Assembly: GCA_043228905.1 (NCBI GenBank)
Contig: JBHGNT010000009.1
Location: forward strand, 5,890,001 to 5,954,000
DNA length: 64,000 bases
Direction: 5' to 3'
Source: Azolla caroliniana
Lineage: Eukaryota > Plantae > Polypodiophyta
This document shows positions 17,507-31,800 of the stretch, in pieces. Both the position numbers and the translations under genes were made by a program. Positions within the stretch are counted from its first letter, which is position 1, and each line of letters begins with the position of its first letter. Under the pieces are notes generated by a model that was given only the letters and a program-made list of their open reading frames with translations, was not told where the DNA came from and ran no database searches.

Positions 17507-20500
17507 AAACTCGAAACTCCATCGGTCTACTAGGATAATACCTCAACCCGGAGAATACTTCAGTTGAGGAGGAGATTGTTGAAGGGCTCCAATGCCATGA
17601 GAGTGTCACCATCTCATCATCAACACTTGTTTTTTATCACTTTTGGAGAACTCCTAACCATTAGTTTGCCACTTCCACTCACTGATCTCTAAAAAACAAG
17701 TTTATCACACAACTTTTAGATGGGTTCGCATTCTCATGTCGAAAGCGAGGAAAAACATGGTAAAAGGGCGATTGCATATCATTTTGTATGTCTCAAAGTT
17801 TCATACCTACTAAGAAAAAATATATATACATTAGGAAAGAAACATGACGAACCTTCGTAGGAGAGGAGAGTTGTGGTCAAAATGTAAGTAGATAGCTATA
17901 TTGTAAGATATTAGATTGGTCATTAGGGATGTCCTTGAGGGAGAGGTATCCCTTCAAGCATGGGCATAGGAGTGGCATGATAGCATCCCTTTCAGATACA
18001 TCCAAATTTCAACGGATATAGAGAAAACATGGTTGGGAAGGAACAAGATGGTCATGACAACATAACTAACTGTACAATGTGGAATACATATTGAAAATGA
18101 AGAAGGATAATTAGAAATATATTGGACCTACCACGTGCCCTTGTATTCTAGTGCGTCTATGGTGAAATTCCATACAACTTATGTTAGTACACTATTTGTA
18201 TGTGGCAATATAAACCATTTTAGCGAAATGCTCTTTGTTTGTCATCGAATGCAAGGTGTCATATCACTAATCCATGGCCCATTCATATGGAATGAGGTTG
18301 AAATAAGGAAGTTTAAATCTCATAAAAAAAAGTCAAACAAGTTCTTAATGTATAGGTAAAGTTGAGAAGAATTTCTTGCAAAATAGTCAAGGTCTATGAA
18401 ACCATAAAACATTTGCAAATATTAACAAATATCTCCCCCATGCCTCATAAAAAATTTGATGCTAGCACTGTTCCATGTCAACTACACAACTTCATTTTCA
18501 ATGTTATATTGGTGGCGTCTCTTCCTTCCTCGTGTTGGAATTGGCAAGGACATGTGTGGATCAGAATGACATCTATCTAATGTCTATGCTAGACACAAGG
18601 CGTGATTGTTGGAAGCTCTCCGTACACGATATAATACCTCTCTCTCTCTCTCTCTACAAACGATTGCATGCAAATTTGTATGTTCCTGTTCATTAATGGC
18701 CAAAACACAACTAATCTCTCATGGGTATACCTTGGAAGTTTATACGTATGCTCAGCCCTAGCCGAAGGGCTAGGGAGGGTGCCTTTAATGCTTACAACGT
18801 GGTGAGATGGGTCAACCTTTTGAGTGTTAATTACAAGGGAATCTCAAGAGAAATTCAAAGAGTGGAGTCAGTTGATTGCCTTTGGGCTTCTAGGGACCAA
18901 TTCATCCGGCAATTGTAACAACTTCCAATCTCTTGGATAACAAATTGCACACGTTCACATTGATCACAATGTAACAAAAAGTTCTTTATATGTTGTGGGG
19001 GTGTTGAATTTCATGCTTTATCTACCAAATTAAGACTCCATCAAATGTTGTGCACAAAAAAGTTTATTATCCAATATCAATCAAAGTCCACTCATTACTT
19101 TTATGCACCATGTCAAGAGAACCATTTTCAAAAAGAGATCCGAGCTACATATGTACTTATTGCCTCGTTAATAGCAAGGATTTCTCAATCTTAATTGTGA
19201 CATGACATGTATCGACTCTCTTGGCACTCTTCGTTGAATCAAACCAATATTGTGTCGATTTTTTATGCCCAATTTTTTTATTATTAGAGATGACATTTAC
19301 TCCTGCTTATGACAAACTAAGAACTTTTATGAGATTACAAACTGAGTGTGCATGAGATCAGAGGAAGCATATGGAACATTCATATTCAAGTACAAATTTA
19401 GTTGAACTAAGCAAACTATTACAAAGTATAATCCCAAATTGTGGTTGTGTGGTATGCCAAAGCCCTCTATTGCTCGTTTTGCAAAACCTGACCCATGTCA
19501 TTATTGTCATGGTGTCCAATGCTTTTCTCATTGTCATGAAAATCATACTCGTTTGTTTATATGAATGTTAGGGCATATATCTTTTGACAAGCTTGAGCAA
19601 TAAGCCCATTGTCTCAAGATCCATGAATGTAAGGGTTAATTGTCACCATTCAAAACCATTCTTGGACAATTCAATTTCTCGTCCTTGCACTTACACATTT
19701 CTATGTTACTTGTTTTTCATTTATTCCCATACTCTAACCCAGATGAAAACTCCACATGAATCTATGTATTTATCATTATTGTTCTACATAAAAAAAAGCC
19801 TTGGGATGGAATTTCCACATGCATTAACTAAGGGTGTTTTGTTCTCATCTAAGGGTTTTGAGTCTTGACTAGTAACCAACTAGACAATAGTGAGCGAAAA
19901 GTATACTCCCATTATAATTGGAGGTTTTTCCACTTTAGCTTTAGAATTTCTAGCTCATTGATGTGGACTTCCAAATTGCATTTGATTTCAGATTTTTTAT
20001 TTCATTCGACCAATTAAATATTGATGTTGTTAATCAAAGGAGGAAATGTAGTAGGGAGACAAGTATGTTCCCGTTCCTCACGCAAAGATTGATGAAAACA
20101 AGAAGTAACTATGAACACATCGAGAGGATGGGCATGACGGTAAGGGGTGTGTGCCAAGTATAATGTACATCAAGTATTTCTTTCGACTAAACATGGGAAA
20201 AGGAGAACTATTAATAACATGGCAATTGTTTCCAGTATATCTTTTATAAAGCCGAGAATGCTTTGTATGAGTTGTTGCATTTGCTATTAAACATATAGTT
20301 CAATGTCGGGCCCTAGATCTTCATAAACATAAAGAATCACCCCACAAGTAAATAAATAACATCATTTAAGGGATTATTTAAAACGTGATTGAATAAGCAC
20401 AATATTGAAATGAGACAATACGCATGTAAGAAATAAATCGAGAGACAAATTTAGTTAACTAATCCACTATTGTCAATCCAAGATACTTTTATTGTAGGCA

Positions 20501-20931
20501 ATGAAACGATGCAAAACTGAAAGGCCTCAATTAAAGAGATTATGTGGGTTAAAGCACCGGGTTAGTACGTGTTGAATCATGTTTTTGTAATCAACCTAGT
20601 GACGCATACATGACGAGCCACCAAATGGACATGTTGGCACTATTGAGAGAGATAGTTGTCTCATAATTATACACATTGTCCCATGTCGCATGACCCCATG
20701 TTTATATTTTTTTCCTCATAAAAATATCCTCCATTGGTATTAACATAAAGTGGCCGAAGGCAATATACAAAATAGTCCAGTATTACAAAGAAAATTGCAA
20801 CATAATTAAGTAGAAAACTATTGAACACTCGTGCAACTTTAACAGTCTCAACAACACTGGGTTCAAGATTTTTGGCCTTTATCACTAGAGTCTCTACCAC
20901 ATATATTGCTCCGCATTCCTTCACCCAGTTT

Positions 20932-22610
20932 CTAGTGGGCATATCCTGAAATAAGTGTGGTCCAACATGCGAGATCACGGATGGTGAGCTCGCCAAATAT
21001 TTCCTTGGCTTTCTCGACTTCACCACATTTTCCATACATGTCCATCAAAACAGTGCTAATCACAACATCTTCTTCCAAGCACCTTTTCTTAATATCATAA
21101 TGAATATATTTGCCCTTGGAAATGACACATATATTAGCACAAGCCCTTAGGATGGATGCGAACGTGACGGAACCGGGAGAAAAGCCTTCTTTCTGCATCC
21201 AGTCAAAAAGATTGAGGGCTTCCCCATGTTGGCATTGTTGGGTATATCCACAAATCAATGCATTCCAACAAACCGTATCATGAACCGGAAGCTCATCAAA
21301 TAGTGCTTGAGACATCGCTAATGCACCACATTTGGCATACATATCAACCAAAGCATTGCCAAGTGTAGTGTGCTTTTCTAGAATGTTGCTCTTATTAATG
21401 CATTCATGGATTTGTTTGCTCTTTTCCAAAGGTCCTATGCTACCACAAGCATTGAGACCAGAAATATATGTAATCGCATTTGGCTCAATACCTTCCCTAA
21501 TCCTTCGCTCGAAGCTATTCAGTACTTTCTCACCTTTCCCTTGCTCGACATACCCAGCTATTAATGCATTCCAACATACTATCTTCTGGTTAGGAAGCTC
21601 CTAGAAAACTTGCTCAGCTACTTTGAGCGCACCACATTTACAATACATACTGATTAAAGCAATACTAAGCATGATATTCTTCTCTATAAGTCTTTGTTGA
21701 ATGATTACATTGTGAATTTTCTTGCCTTTGTCAAGAGCTTGTATGCTTGCACAAGCCTTCAAGGCACAAATATAAGTTACAACATCAGGAGAGAAACCCT
21801 CCTTTTGCATTCTCTCAAAATGGATTAGTGCTTCTTTACTATTACCTTGGTGTGCATATCCATCAATTAGTATATTCCAAGAGACTACATTCCGAACCAA
21901 AAGTTCATCAAAGAGTTCTTGAGACCTATCCAACATTCCACATTTCGCATACATAGTGAATAGAGTTGTATCAAGAGAGATGGTTCCCCCCCCATCATGT
22001 CCTTCTTCAGAATCAAATCATGAATCTCTATTCCTTTATTGATGGCTCTCATGTTAGTACAGGCCTTGAAGATACAAATGTATGTGATGTCATCAGGAGA
22101 GAACCCTTCAATACCATTTGGTCAAAGAAATCAAGGGTTTCTTCATTGCAGCCATGTTGAACATATCTAGCAAGCAATGCATTCCAAATAACCACATTTC
22201 GTACCCACATGCCATCAAATACTTCTTGTGATTTTATTAATGCATCACATTTGGCATACATGGTTACTAAAGAGCTCCCAATATAGGGATGTTTGCCTCC
22301 ATTAACGATAATCCATACTTCATGAGCTTCACCACATTTTGCATATAAGTCGACCAACACATCTTGACTACATATCAACCAATGCATTCCCAACAATGCA
22401 ATCTATCTCAACCAAAACGTTTCTTGCAATATCAACATGTATTGACTTGCCCTTACCCATGGCTCCAAATCTACGACAAGCTATTAACATGCATGTGTGA
22501 GTGATACCATCTAGAGATATTCCTCTTTCTTGCATATGCCCAAAAATGTTGAATATTTCCTCACCAAGACCACCACCATGTTTCATGTATCCTGCTAACC
22601 AAGCCATATC
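20932..22610 (-). pseudogene. PLS-class pentatricopeptide-repeat (PPR) gene remnant
   Basis: Repeated LVDMYAKCG...FD....D.V.WN.LI.GY...G motifs. In-frame TAG at 21601-21603, frameshifts near 21960-22400, and truncation without an E/DYW end. Confidence 0.88.
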
Positions 22611-22760
22611 TGGAATTTGTTTTAGGAGGCTAGTTGTTTCAATTATAACATGTATTTTTCTCCTAACATACCAGATATTTCCTATAAGTAGATTTCAAAA
22701 ATGTTATGCATAAACAGACTTTAACTTTGAGAATCTGACTTTTCACATCCAGAACATTGT

Positions 22761-23010
22761 TTACATTTTCAGCAGAAGTTTATTTGGTCTATTCACATCC
22801 AATCTTCCTCCATCATACATTTTTGATAGAGAAATGTAAGGTGCCACATCTTCAGGTTCCATATTTGTGACATGATTCATTGCAAACAATCCTATGATAA
22901 CATCACCATGTGCCTTGTTCCATACTTGAGCATCTGGCACTATCAGCATGTTATAACATCACCATGTGCCTTGTTCCAGACTTGAGCATCTGGCACTATC
23001 GGCATGTTGA
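22761..23010 (-). pseudogene. PPR E-domain-like remnant with a 55-bp tandem duplication
   Basis: PDAQVW..HGDV..G..A......EPEDVAPYISLSKMY resembles the E motif. TAACATCACCATGTGCCTTGTTCC...GGCACTATC.GCATGTT is repeated at about 22898 and 22953. Confidence 0.55.
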
Positions 23011-23082
23011 ACATAAGGTTGTCTGCCTCAACTTACTTTCCAAATCATCTGAAAAGCTCAATCCCATGTTTATATTGTGTAC

Positions 23083-26000
23083 TGTTGAGAATCAAGCTCA
23101 ACTTATGTGAACATGTGCTTATGAAGAAAAGGACGATGTGTGAAAAAGTGTGTGAGCACAATTTATTGTAATTTGTGTAGTTGTCGAGTGTTAATGTGGT
23201 TAAAGAATATTAGATATTCTTATGACAAAATCGTACTCAAGTGGATATCTTGGTTAGATTCCGCCAACACATTTAATAGGGCAGTCCCTTGAGGACTTGT
23301 ATATAAAACCCCCTTTGGCCATTTAGTTTAGTTGATGATCTTTAGATAATTAATATAGCTCTCTTAAGTGCATAAGCTGTCATCCCCCTACTGTGGCCAT
23401 TTAGTTTAGTTGATGATCTTTAGATAATTAATATAGCTCTCTTAAGTGCATAAGTTGTCATAAGCATAATATTGAGACATTGGGACATTGATGCACCTGA
23501 CCAAATGAGAGTACATGTATGCCATAGGTTTGTCTTCTAATAGCCTACACACATAATCGTAATCATCTAGTCTTGCATAAAAAATACCTTCGATGTAGAA
23601 TGTCCTGGTAGATACAACATTTCCCCAAGCATCTAATATATTCTCTTCTTTTTCTAGTTATTCTCTGTAATTCCTTCTCTTGCTTATACATTCACTCTCT
23701 CTCTTTCTCACACACACACACACACACCCACACACACAATGCTTCTGAATACTAAACTCTACTAGAGTTAGATTCTTAACATGGTATCAAAGCGTGAGGG
23801 TTAGAGATCCTTCACTGAGCTCTACCATTGAAACTGTGTGAGCAGCTAGAGACGTTGTTTTAAAACCTACTATCGTCGATGCAGTTTTGCACAGCAAGAG
23901 GCTCACGTTAATAGGATCATACGAATCAAGCTAAATCAGAAAAATGAATGCACAGATGGGTAGCGCACTTCCAACAGAGATGTTGGACAGGCACAACTAC
24001 GCATCTTGGGAATATAAGATGCATCAATACCTAGTTGGGCAAGGGTATTGGAGTTATATCAAGGGAGCTCAAGAAACAACCCCCGATCGTACAAATCCCA
24101 ACTACCCCACATGGCAACAAGGCGCCAGTAGGGTGATGTATTGTTTGGCAACATGTGTGCAACAAAATTCGGCAAGGGGATATGTTTGTGACGGACTACA
24201 CCCTCCGGATCAAAGACTTATGCGATTCACTTGGCTCCATCAATGTCGCAGTTGATGATGACAAGATGGTGCATATCTGCCTTGGCGGCCTTGCACAAAA
24301 AAATGGCTCATTTCGAACTGCCATAACAAGAAGGGAGAACCCCCCAAGATTTTTCGACTTGCAATCCATGCTAATGGTTGAGGAGAACCATACACTGTCG
24401 AAAAGCACGACATCTGATGGGTAGATGCTATATACACATGATGGTGTTGGTTGAGGTCACGGTCATGGAAATCGAGGGAGGAATGGCCGAGGAAGAGGTG
24501 GATAACGTCCACAACAGTTTAATTCCAGGCAGCAAGAAGGTCGAAACAGCCGAGGGAATTCCAGCAAAAAGGGGAGTTTCCACCAACCTACATCAACCAG
24601 GCATAACCAACAAACTGAGTGCTGGTATTGTGGAAAGCCTAGCCACTTTGAAGCCAAGTGTCGGAAGAAGAAGAATGACTCAGTTGCCTCACCCCGACAA
24701 CAAACAAACTATGTTGTGATGGCTTACCTAGAAAACAAAGCACCAATGTTTGTTATGCGACACCGGGCGAATAACATGATAACAAGTGTTTCCCAACCTG
24801 ATGATGTATGGTTCGTGGACTCAGGTGCCTCAAATCACATGACACGTCATCAAGAATGGTTCATGAATTTGAGGGAACTCGAGAGACCCGACGTGGTGGA
24901 GACCGGTGATGACTCCACACACATGATTGAGCACATTGGAGATGTGGCCCTTAACAATCACGACAACAAGGGCTAGATGAAGGATGTATTGCATGTCCCG
25001 ACAATCACAAAGAATTTGGTCTCGGTTGGCCAAATTGTCGAACAAGGAATGCAAGTGCAATTCAACCAGGAAGGTTACTTCATCGAGGATAAAGGCCAAC
25101 TTATCGCTCATGCAAGAAGAGAAGGTCGCATGTTTATTCTTGATGTGACGGAGGTGAACACAACAATGTGTGCAAAGGGACTCAAGGCAGAGTCTGATAT
25201 TGAGTTGTGGCACAAAAGGGTTGGCCATGTAAACCTCGGTAAACTCCGATCAATGCAAACAAAAGGGGTTGTGCACGGATTGCCACAATTTACTTCGAAA
25301 CATCCTGATAATGTATGTGAGGCGTGCCAACTAGGCAAGCAACATAGGCATCCATTCCTAAGCGAAAGAAATGTGAGTAAAGGCTTGTTGGACGTCATCC
25401 ACTCAGATGTATGGGGCCCAGCTCAAACAACAACAATTGGTGGGTGTAGGTACTTTGTTACCTTCATTGATGACAATTCGCGGCATACCTGGATATGCCC
25501 GATGAAGTCGAAAAGTGAGGTCTTCTCCCACTTTCTCAAGTTAAAGAATTGCGTGGAAAATGAGACGAATCGCGAGATTCGATGCTTACGATCTGATGAT
25601 GGCCAAGAATACTTCTCAACCAAGTTCAATGCCTTTCTAGAAGAGAAGGGGATTCGCTGGGAATTCTCTTGCTGGTACACACCACAACAAAACGGTTTTG
25701 CTGAGTGGAAGAATCACACAATTCTTGAGATGGCCCGCACCATGCTGCATGAGAAGAACATGCCCAAGATCTATTGGGCAAAGGCAGCAGTTACGGCTGT
25801 GTATCTCATCAATAGGTGCACGACCGAGGGTGTCCATGACATCACCCCTCACGAGAAGTATTTTGGGACAAAGCCAGACCTTTCACACTTGAAGGTTTTT
25901 GGCAGCATTGCATTTGTGCATGTACCCGATGAGACGTGAAGAAAGCTTGACCCAAAATCGGAGAAGATGATCTTTGTCAATTACTCACTTGAGCAAAAGG

Positions 26001-28888
26001 GTTACAAGTGTTTTAACCCCATCACTCGACAGTCATGAGTAAGCCGAGATGTGGTATTTGATGAGGTGACATCATGGTATGGCCCAACATCAGTGACCCC
26101 CACCGTGCTCGAAACAAGCAGATCTGGAGCAGATTCTCAAAGTGAAGAAGAAGAGATGCTAACGACCATTATGGGTGGAGAATCAGCAGAGAGTTTGCCC
26201 ACACTCTAGTTGACTGGACCTAAGGTGTCATCCAACAATCAGAGTCTTGCACAACATGAAGAAACCTCTGATGTGCTGTCACCTTGGTGCTACACCCGTA
26301 GAAAGAAAAAAAAGGGCAAGATGCCTGAGCAAGAGGTCAAGGACATGACATCCAAAGAAGACTCTGATCATTCACCCTGATCAGTCCACAACAAGTATGA
26401 AATGAAGAAGGCCCCGGAAATGACCAAAGGAAAACTCCGTCAATCGAACCGACAAAAGAGCCCGATAGTTAGGTTCGGGTACAATGAGTACATGGGCCAC
26501 CGCTATGCATTCATGATGAAGGTCGCAACAGACCAAGAACCCGAGACTTACAAAGAAGCTGCCCAAGATCCCCGGTGGATCGAGGCAATGAGGGAGGAGA
26601 TGCGCACGTTGTTTGACAACGATACTTGGGATTTAGTCCCATCCTTTGAAATCAAGAAAAAGCCAATTGGTTGCTGCTGGGTGTTCAAGATAAAGCATAA
26701 TACAGATGGCACGGTCAATCGGTTCAAGGCTTAGCTAGTCGCCAAAGGGTATGCTCAAACCCATGGCATAGACTATGAGGAGACATTTGCCCCGGTGGCA
26801 AAAATGACCACTGTGAGGACAATAATTGCTCTCGCAATAGCGAAAGGATGGCACTTGCATCAAATGGATGTGAAGAACGCATTCCTCCAAGGTGAGCTCG
26901 AGGAGGAAGTTTACATGATGCAGCCACCTGGTTTCGAATCAAACAAATATCCACATGCAGTTTGCCGATTGAAGAAGCTGCTCTATGGACTGAAGCAAGC
27001 CCCAAGAGCATGGCATTCAAAGATCACATCATATCTTCACGACATTGGCTTCCGGATGTCAAAATCTGATAACTCGTTGTATGTTCAGAACAATCCCAAA
27101 AGCCCCATCTTCTTAATCTTGTATGTCAATGACCTTGTCATCGGTGGAGAAAGCCTCACTAAGACACAAAAGATAAAAAAGTTGCTTTTGCAGAAGTTCG
27201 AGATGAAGGATCTGAATGACTTACATTATTTTCTCGGCATCGAGGTCATTCAAACTCTAGAAGGGTTCCTACTCTCACAACGACACTATGTGTTGAACTT
27301 GCTCTACAAGTTCGGAATGACCAAGTGCAAGTCCATCTCGACCCCCCTTGATCGAAATATGAAGCTAACAACAGATTCTAGAAAATTCTGTGAGCCGACA
27401 TATTATCGCCAAATAATTGGGAGTCTTATCTACTTAATTATCACCTGACCAAACCTCAGCTATCCGGCCGGGGTTCTTAGCCAATTCATGGAAACCCCCC
27501 GTGACACTCACATGGATTGTGTTAAGCGAGCGTTACATTATATTAGTGGAACACTTGATTATAGTATCTTCTATAAACGTGGAGCACCACTTTAACTCGA
27601 AGGCTTTACAGATGCTGATTGGGCAGGCAATGCATCTGATAGTCGATCCACTTCGAGATTTATGTTTTCACTTGGTAGTGGAGCAATCTTTTGGAGCAGC
27701 AAGAAACAACCAACAATCACTCTATCGAGCACTGAGGCGGAGTATAGGGTTGCAGTTGTAGCTGCTTGTGAAGTTGTATGGCTTAAAAGGCTGCTGAAAG
27801 ACTTCAACGAATTGGTGAACAAGCCAATACTGATCCACTGCGATAATCTCAACAGCATCTAGCTTGCAAAGAATCTGGTGTTTCACGCCCGAACTAAGCA
27901 CATCGAGGTGCATTATCATTACATCCATGAGCGCATATTGGCCGGTGACATTGACCTCTAATACGTTGGCACCAACATGCAAGTGGCTGATATTTTCACT
28001 AAGGCGCTAGGTCTCGACAAGCTATGACAATTCTCAGTGGATCTAGGCCTTAGACCACTCGATATGTTGAGCTTGGGGGAGAGTAAAAGTACAAAGACGA
28101 AGGAAAACATGGAGAATCAACACGATACAAGAGGAAGAGTGAGACCGACATCAGAAAAGTAAGGCCGACACATCTAATCTGACTTGACCCGACAAGTTAG
28201 AGGAAGACTTTCCAAAGCCTGGAATTTTTTAAGCTCGAAATTTTGGATTGGCAAGATTGACATTGCTAGATCAAGATCTAGTACATAGGAACAATGGGAA
28301 AACCACGGTCTAGTAGTCCGACCAACTGCAATTGGGTGTTCAACTACACCAAGACAACCAAGCTTAAGAGGACACATAATTGACCTTGAGGGGGTGTGTT
28401 AAGAATCAAGCTCAACTTGTGTGAACATTGCTTATGAAAAAAAGGACGATGTGTGAAAAAGTGTGTGAGCACACTTTATTGTAATCCATGTAGTTGTCGA
28501 GTGTGTGAGAGCACACTTTATTGTAATTCGTGTAGTTGTCGAGTGTTAGTGTGGTCAAGAATATTAGATATTCTTATGACAAAATCGTACTCAAGTGAAT
28601 ATCTTGGTTAGATTCCACCAACACATTTAATAGGGCAATCCCTTGAGGACTTGTATATAAAACCCCCTTTGGCCATTTAGTTTAGTTGATGATCTTTAGA
28701 TAATTAATATAGCTCTCTTAAGTGCATAAGTTGTCATCCCCCTACTGTGTGTTTTCTTATTTTTCTAGTTATTCTCTGTAATTCCTTCTCTTGCTTATAC
28801 ATTCACTCACTCTCTCTCTCTCTCTCTCTCTCTCAAACACACACTACGCTTCTGAATACTAAACTCTACTAGAGTTAGATTCTTAACA
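23083..28888 (+). mobile_element. Ty1/Copia LTR retrotransposon (copy 1), full-length but degenerate
   Basis: 5' LTR 23083-23781 and 3' LTR 28397-28888 (TG...CA). PBS TGGTATCAAAGC at 23782, polypurine tract GAGGGGG before 28397. Gag, protease (WFVDSGAS), integrase (HSDVWGP, CLRSD), RT (QMDVKNAFL, YVND) and RNase H (KHIEVHYH) in Copia order, with many stops. Confidence 0.95.
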
Positions 28889-31800
28889 TGACCCATGTGG
28901 TTTTGCATGACTTTCTAATGCTCATGAAACGTGTTTAATCCCATTACTAGGATTCAATCATTTTCCATTCTACCATTACATATTTGCTTAATCAAACTGA
29001 TGATCACATTATCCACCTAAAGATATCGTGGAAAGTTCTATTTTATTAGTAAAAATATAAAACATATATTACATTTGGGTCATAAAGACAATATTTCAAG
29101 CAACTTCGTTTTTGAAAACCACAACTCACTAACCAAGATTTGATAGACTAACTCGAGAAATCATTGGCATCACATACACACAAAAAAAGAAACTCAAGTA
29201 CTGTCAATAATATGAGACTTCTTGTAAACGCACAATGCAAAAATATTGTCTTCCAGATTTTGGTGTTTGTAATTAATACATATGTACACAGTTTTTTAGA
29301 TGGGCATTTTAAGTGTGTATATATGCAAGGTCTGTATGTGGCGAGTTGAAATAAACATCCAATTTACAACTTATTTGTGGATATGCATGTAGAGGTCGCA
29401 CGTCATACCAGCATACAATACACTTGGTGGCAAAGAAAACACAATCCGTCATTTCCAATAACAACACATTCAAAGCAATAATCCACGAGGTTCTTAATAT
29501 CGAGATCATGAGTTAAAACCTATTATGTCCATGATTTTGACACGTTTACACAAGTCATTCACGAGTTGCTCAATATGTAGCTTTCCAAACCAAGGGTTGA
29601 AATATTGTAATGTTGCCTTATGCATTCTAATAATATTTGGAATTAAGATAAACCTCTGACAAATATAAGCTAATAAAGAAAAGCGTTGACCTTTGTATGG
29701 GGACAAGCTTCCAAACTCCAATAATTTCGTTCTTAGATAATGTTGTTCTGTGGCGACATTTTAGACTTACGTTTCTGACGAACTTTCAACTCCTTAACTC
29801 ATTACAAAAACCTTTATGTGTTTCCCACGTGGAAAAGAAGCTATATTGTTAAATTAAAAACATAGCATTGTTGAATCATTAAATCTATTAGGTTGGGAGT
29901 TGTTTGAAGCGGTATATTATACATTGTAGTATTATAGAAAAAGTCTAATGTATATTTTTACCCCATTTTCATATCTTTACAATTTAACTCATCGATGACG
30001 TCTTTTAAAAATGGCATCCTAAATAAATCAGCTTTTTATACGTTTATATTGATAATTAAATATTAAAATTTGCACAATTAGCTAACGCCCATTAGTGTTA
30101 ATAACAAATTGGCCCATATCTTTGAAGTAAAGAATGAAAACACCAAGCATTTTGTGCACAATCTGGTGTAAACGAAATCTCTCTTGTTGGGAGAACCTCT
30201 TGACTATTATTTGGATTCATTTGTCTGATCGGTCATCACTCGGTTAAATTCATTAATGGATTGACAGATGCTTTGAGCGAGACTCGTGTGTACTGTCGAA
30301 CTAATTTTCTCGACCACTTTCATGTTCACCATATATTACCCATGAAACGTTGTGATACAACAAAGAAACATTTGGTATTCATATCACAGGTATAGTTACA
30401 CATATTTATTTACAAATGTACACATTACAATGAGCATACTATTCAATATGTATAGATATAGTTCACCACAAACAAAAAGAAATATTTGTTACTTCGCATG
30501 TGCGTCAAACTCTGCAAACTAGCTAGCCCATATCCCTCACAAGTACTAGGAAAACCATTGTGTCGCAAGTTTTTCTTGCTATCTTAATATTATTGATGAT
30601 TGCTCCTCTCATTTGAATACAACAGCATTAAAGTGGCTCAATGAAGAAGATATATGATTCGTTGTCCAAAGTAGATACACATTTTGTATGCATTTCACTT
30701 CATCATGAACGTCTCTCTTTGACTAATAATGATAGTGGCACAATGCACCAAAAATGTAGTCTTTTGAAGAGAAAGTCATCAAATTTTAATTCCCCCCCTT
30801 GTGCACAAGGATTATAGATTACATTATTTCCATTCTTGAAGTAAGTGCCCATATGCCCTATCCCTTTTGCTGAATTTGATTAAAAAAATTACTCTACATA
30901 CATATATATTACGATTTTGATGATGGAATACATAATATTTCATTGCCGAATAGTTTATACAATACCTACCTTTGTGGTCACAGAGTGTTATCCTAAGTTA
31001 CAAGAAGAGATGAGGAGTTACTGTTGTTAATATTAGCATGATGAACCCTATTAAATCATACTCGAGGATTAGGGTTAAACAAAATCATACAATATTGCTA
31101 ACTTGCATTGAGATGGTGGGATTTTGGGGCGTAATAATATATGTGCTACCATGCCCTATTTGTTGGGCTTTCCATACCCAAATAGTTACAAAATCAAGGG
31201 TTAACATATCAACATGGGGAGTTTATGAGGCGATGTGAATATAAATTACATGAGTAATATCCAAAAACCAATTATCATATTTGTTACAATCTTATTCGTT
31301 TGTACATGTTAATTTATGTTGTTATGTGACATAGAGAAGGTAAGTAATGCATCGTATGACAAGATGTTTCAAGCATGAAGGAATATGTATATTATTTGAG
31401 AAGTAAGTTTATTGAATGGTAACTCGGGACCACATGCTTTAGTCAAGAAAAGATAGCGATAACTAGTAAAACAATGGTGTGAAATAGCTAAGAAAGTTGT
31501 ATGCGAATTAGTGCGCATTTGAGTTGAGGAAGACAAAATATTTTGTGCTCACTAATCCCAACCTTATTGTGTTCTTCCATGACACACACATTTCAATCAA
31601 TTATCAACACTAGCATTGTATCAAATGAATGCAAAAAATAATGAAATTCCCCATCATTCATTTGATAAATGAAACTTACTTGTCGTAGTTTGCAAATTGC
31701 TATGGTACAAAAATTACACCTTTGAACTTGCCTAAAGTTAAACATGATTTGGTTCAACTTATTTCTCCCATTTGACGTAATGGCAAGCAACACAATGGAA

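Noticed and set aside
23078-28893. TSD for Copia copy 1
   Set aside because: The flanks TGTAC and TGACC do not match, so no TSD is claimed.
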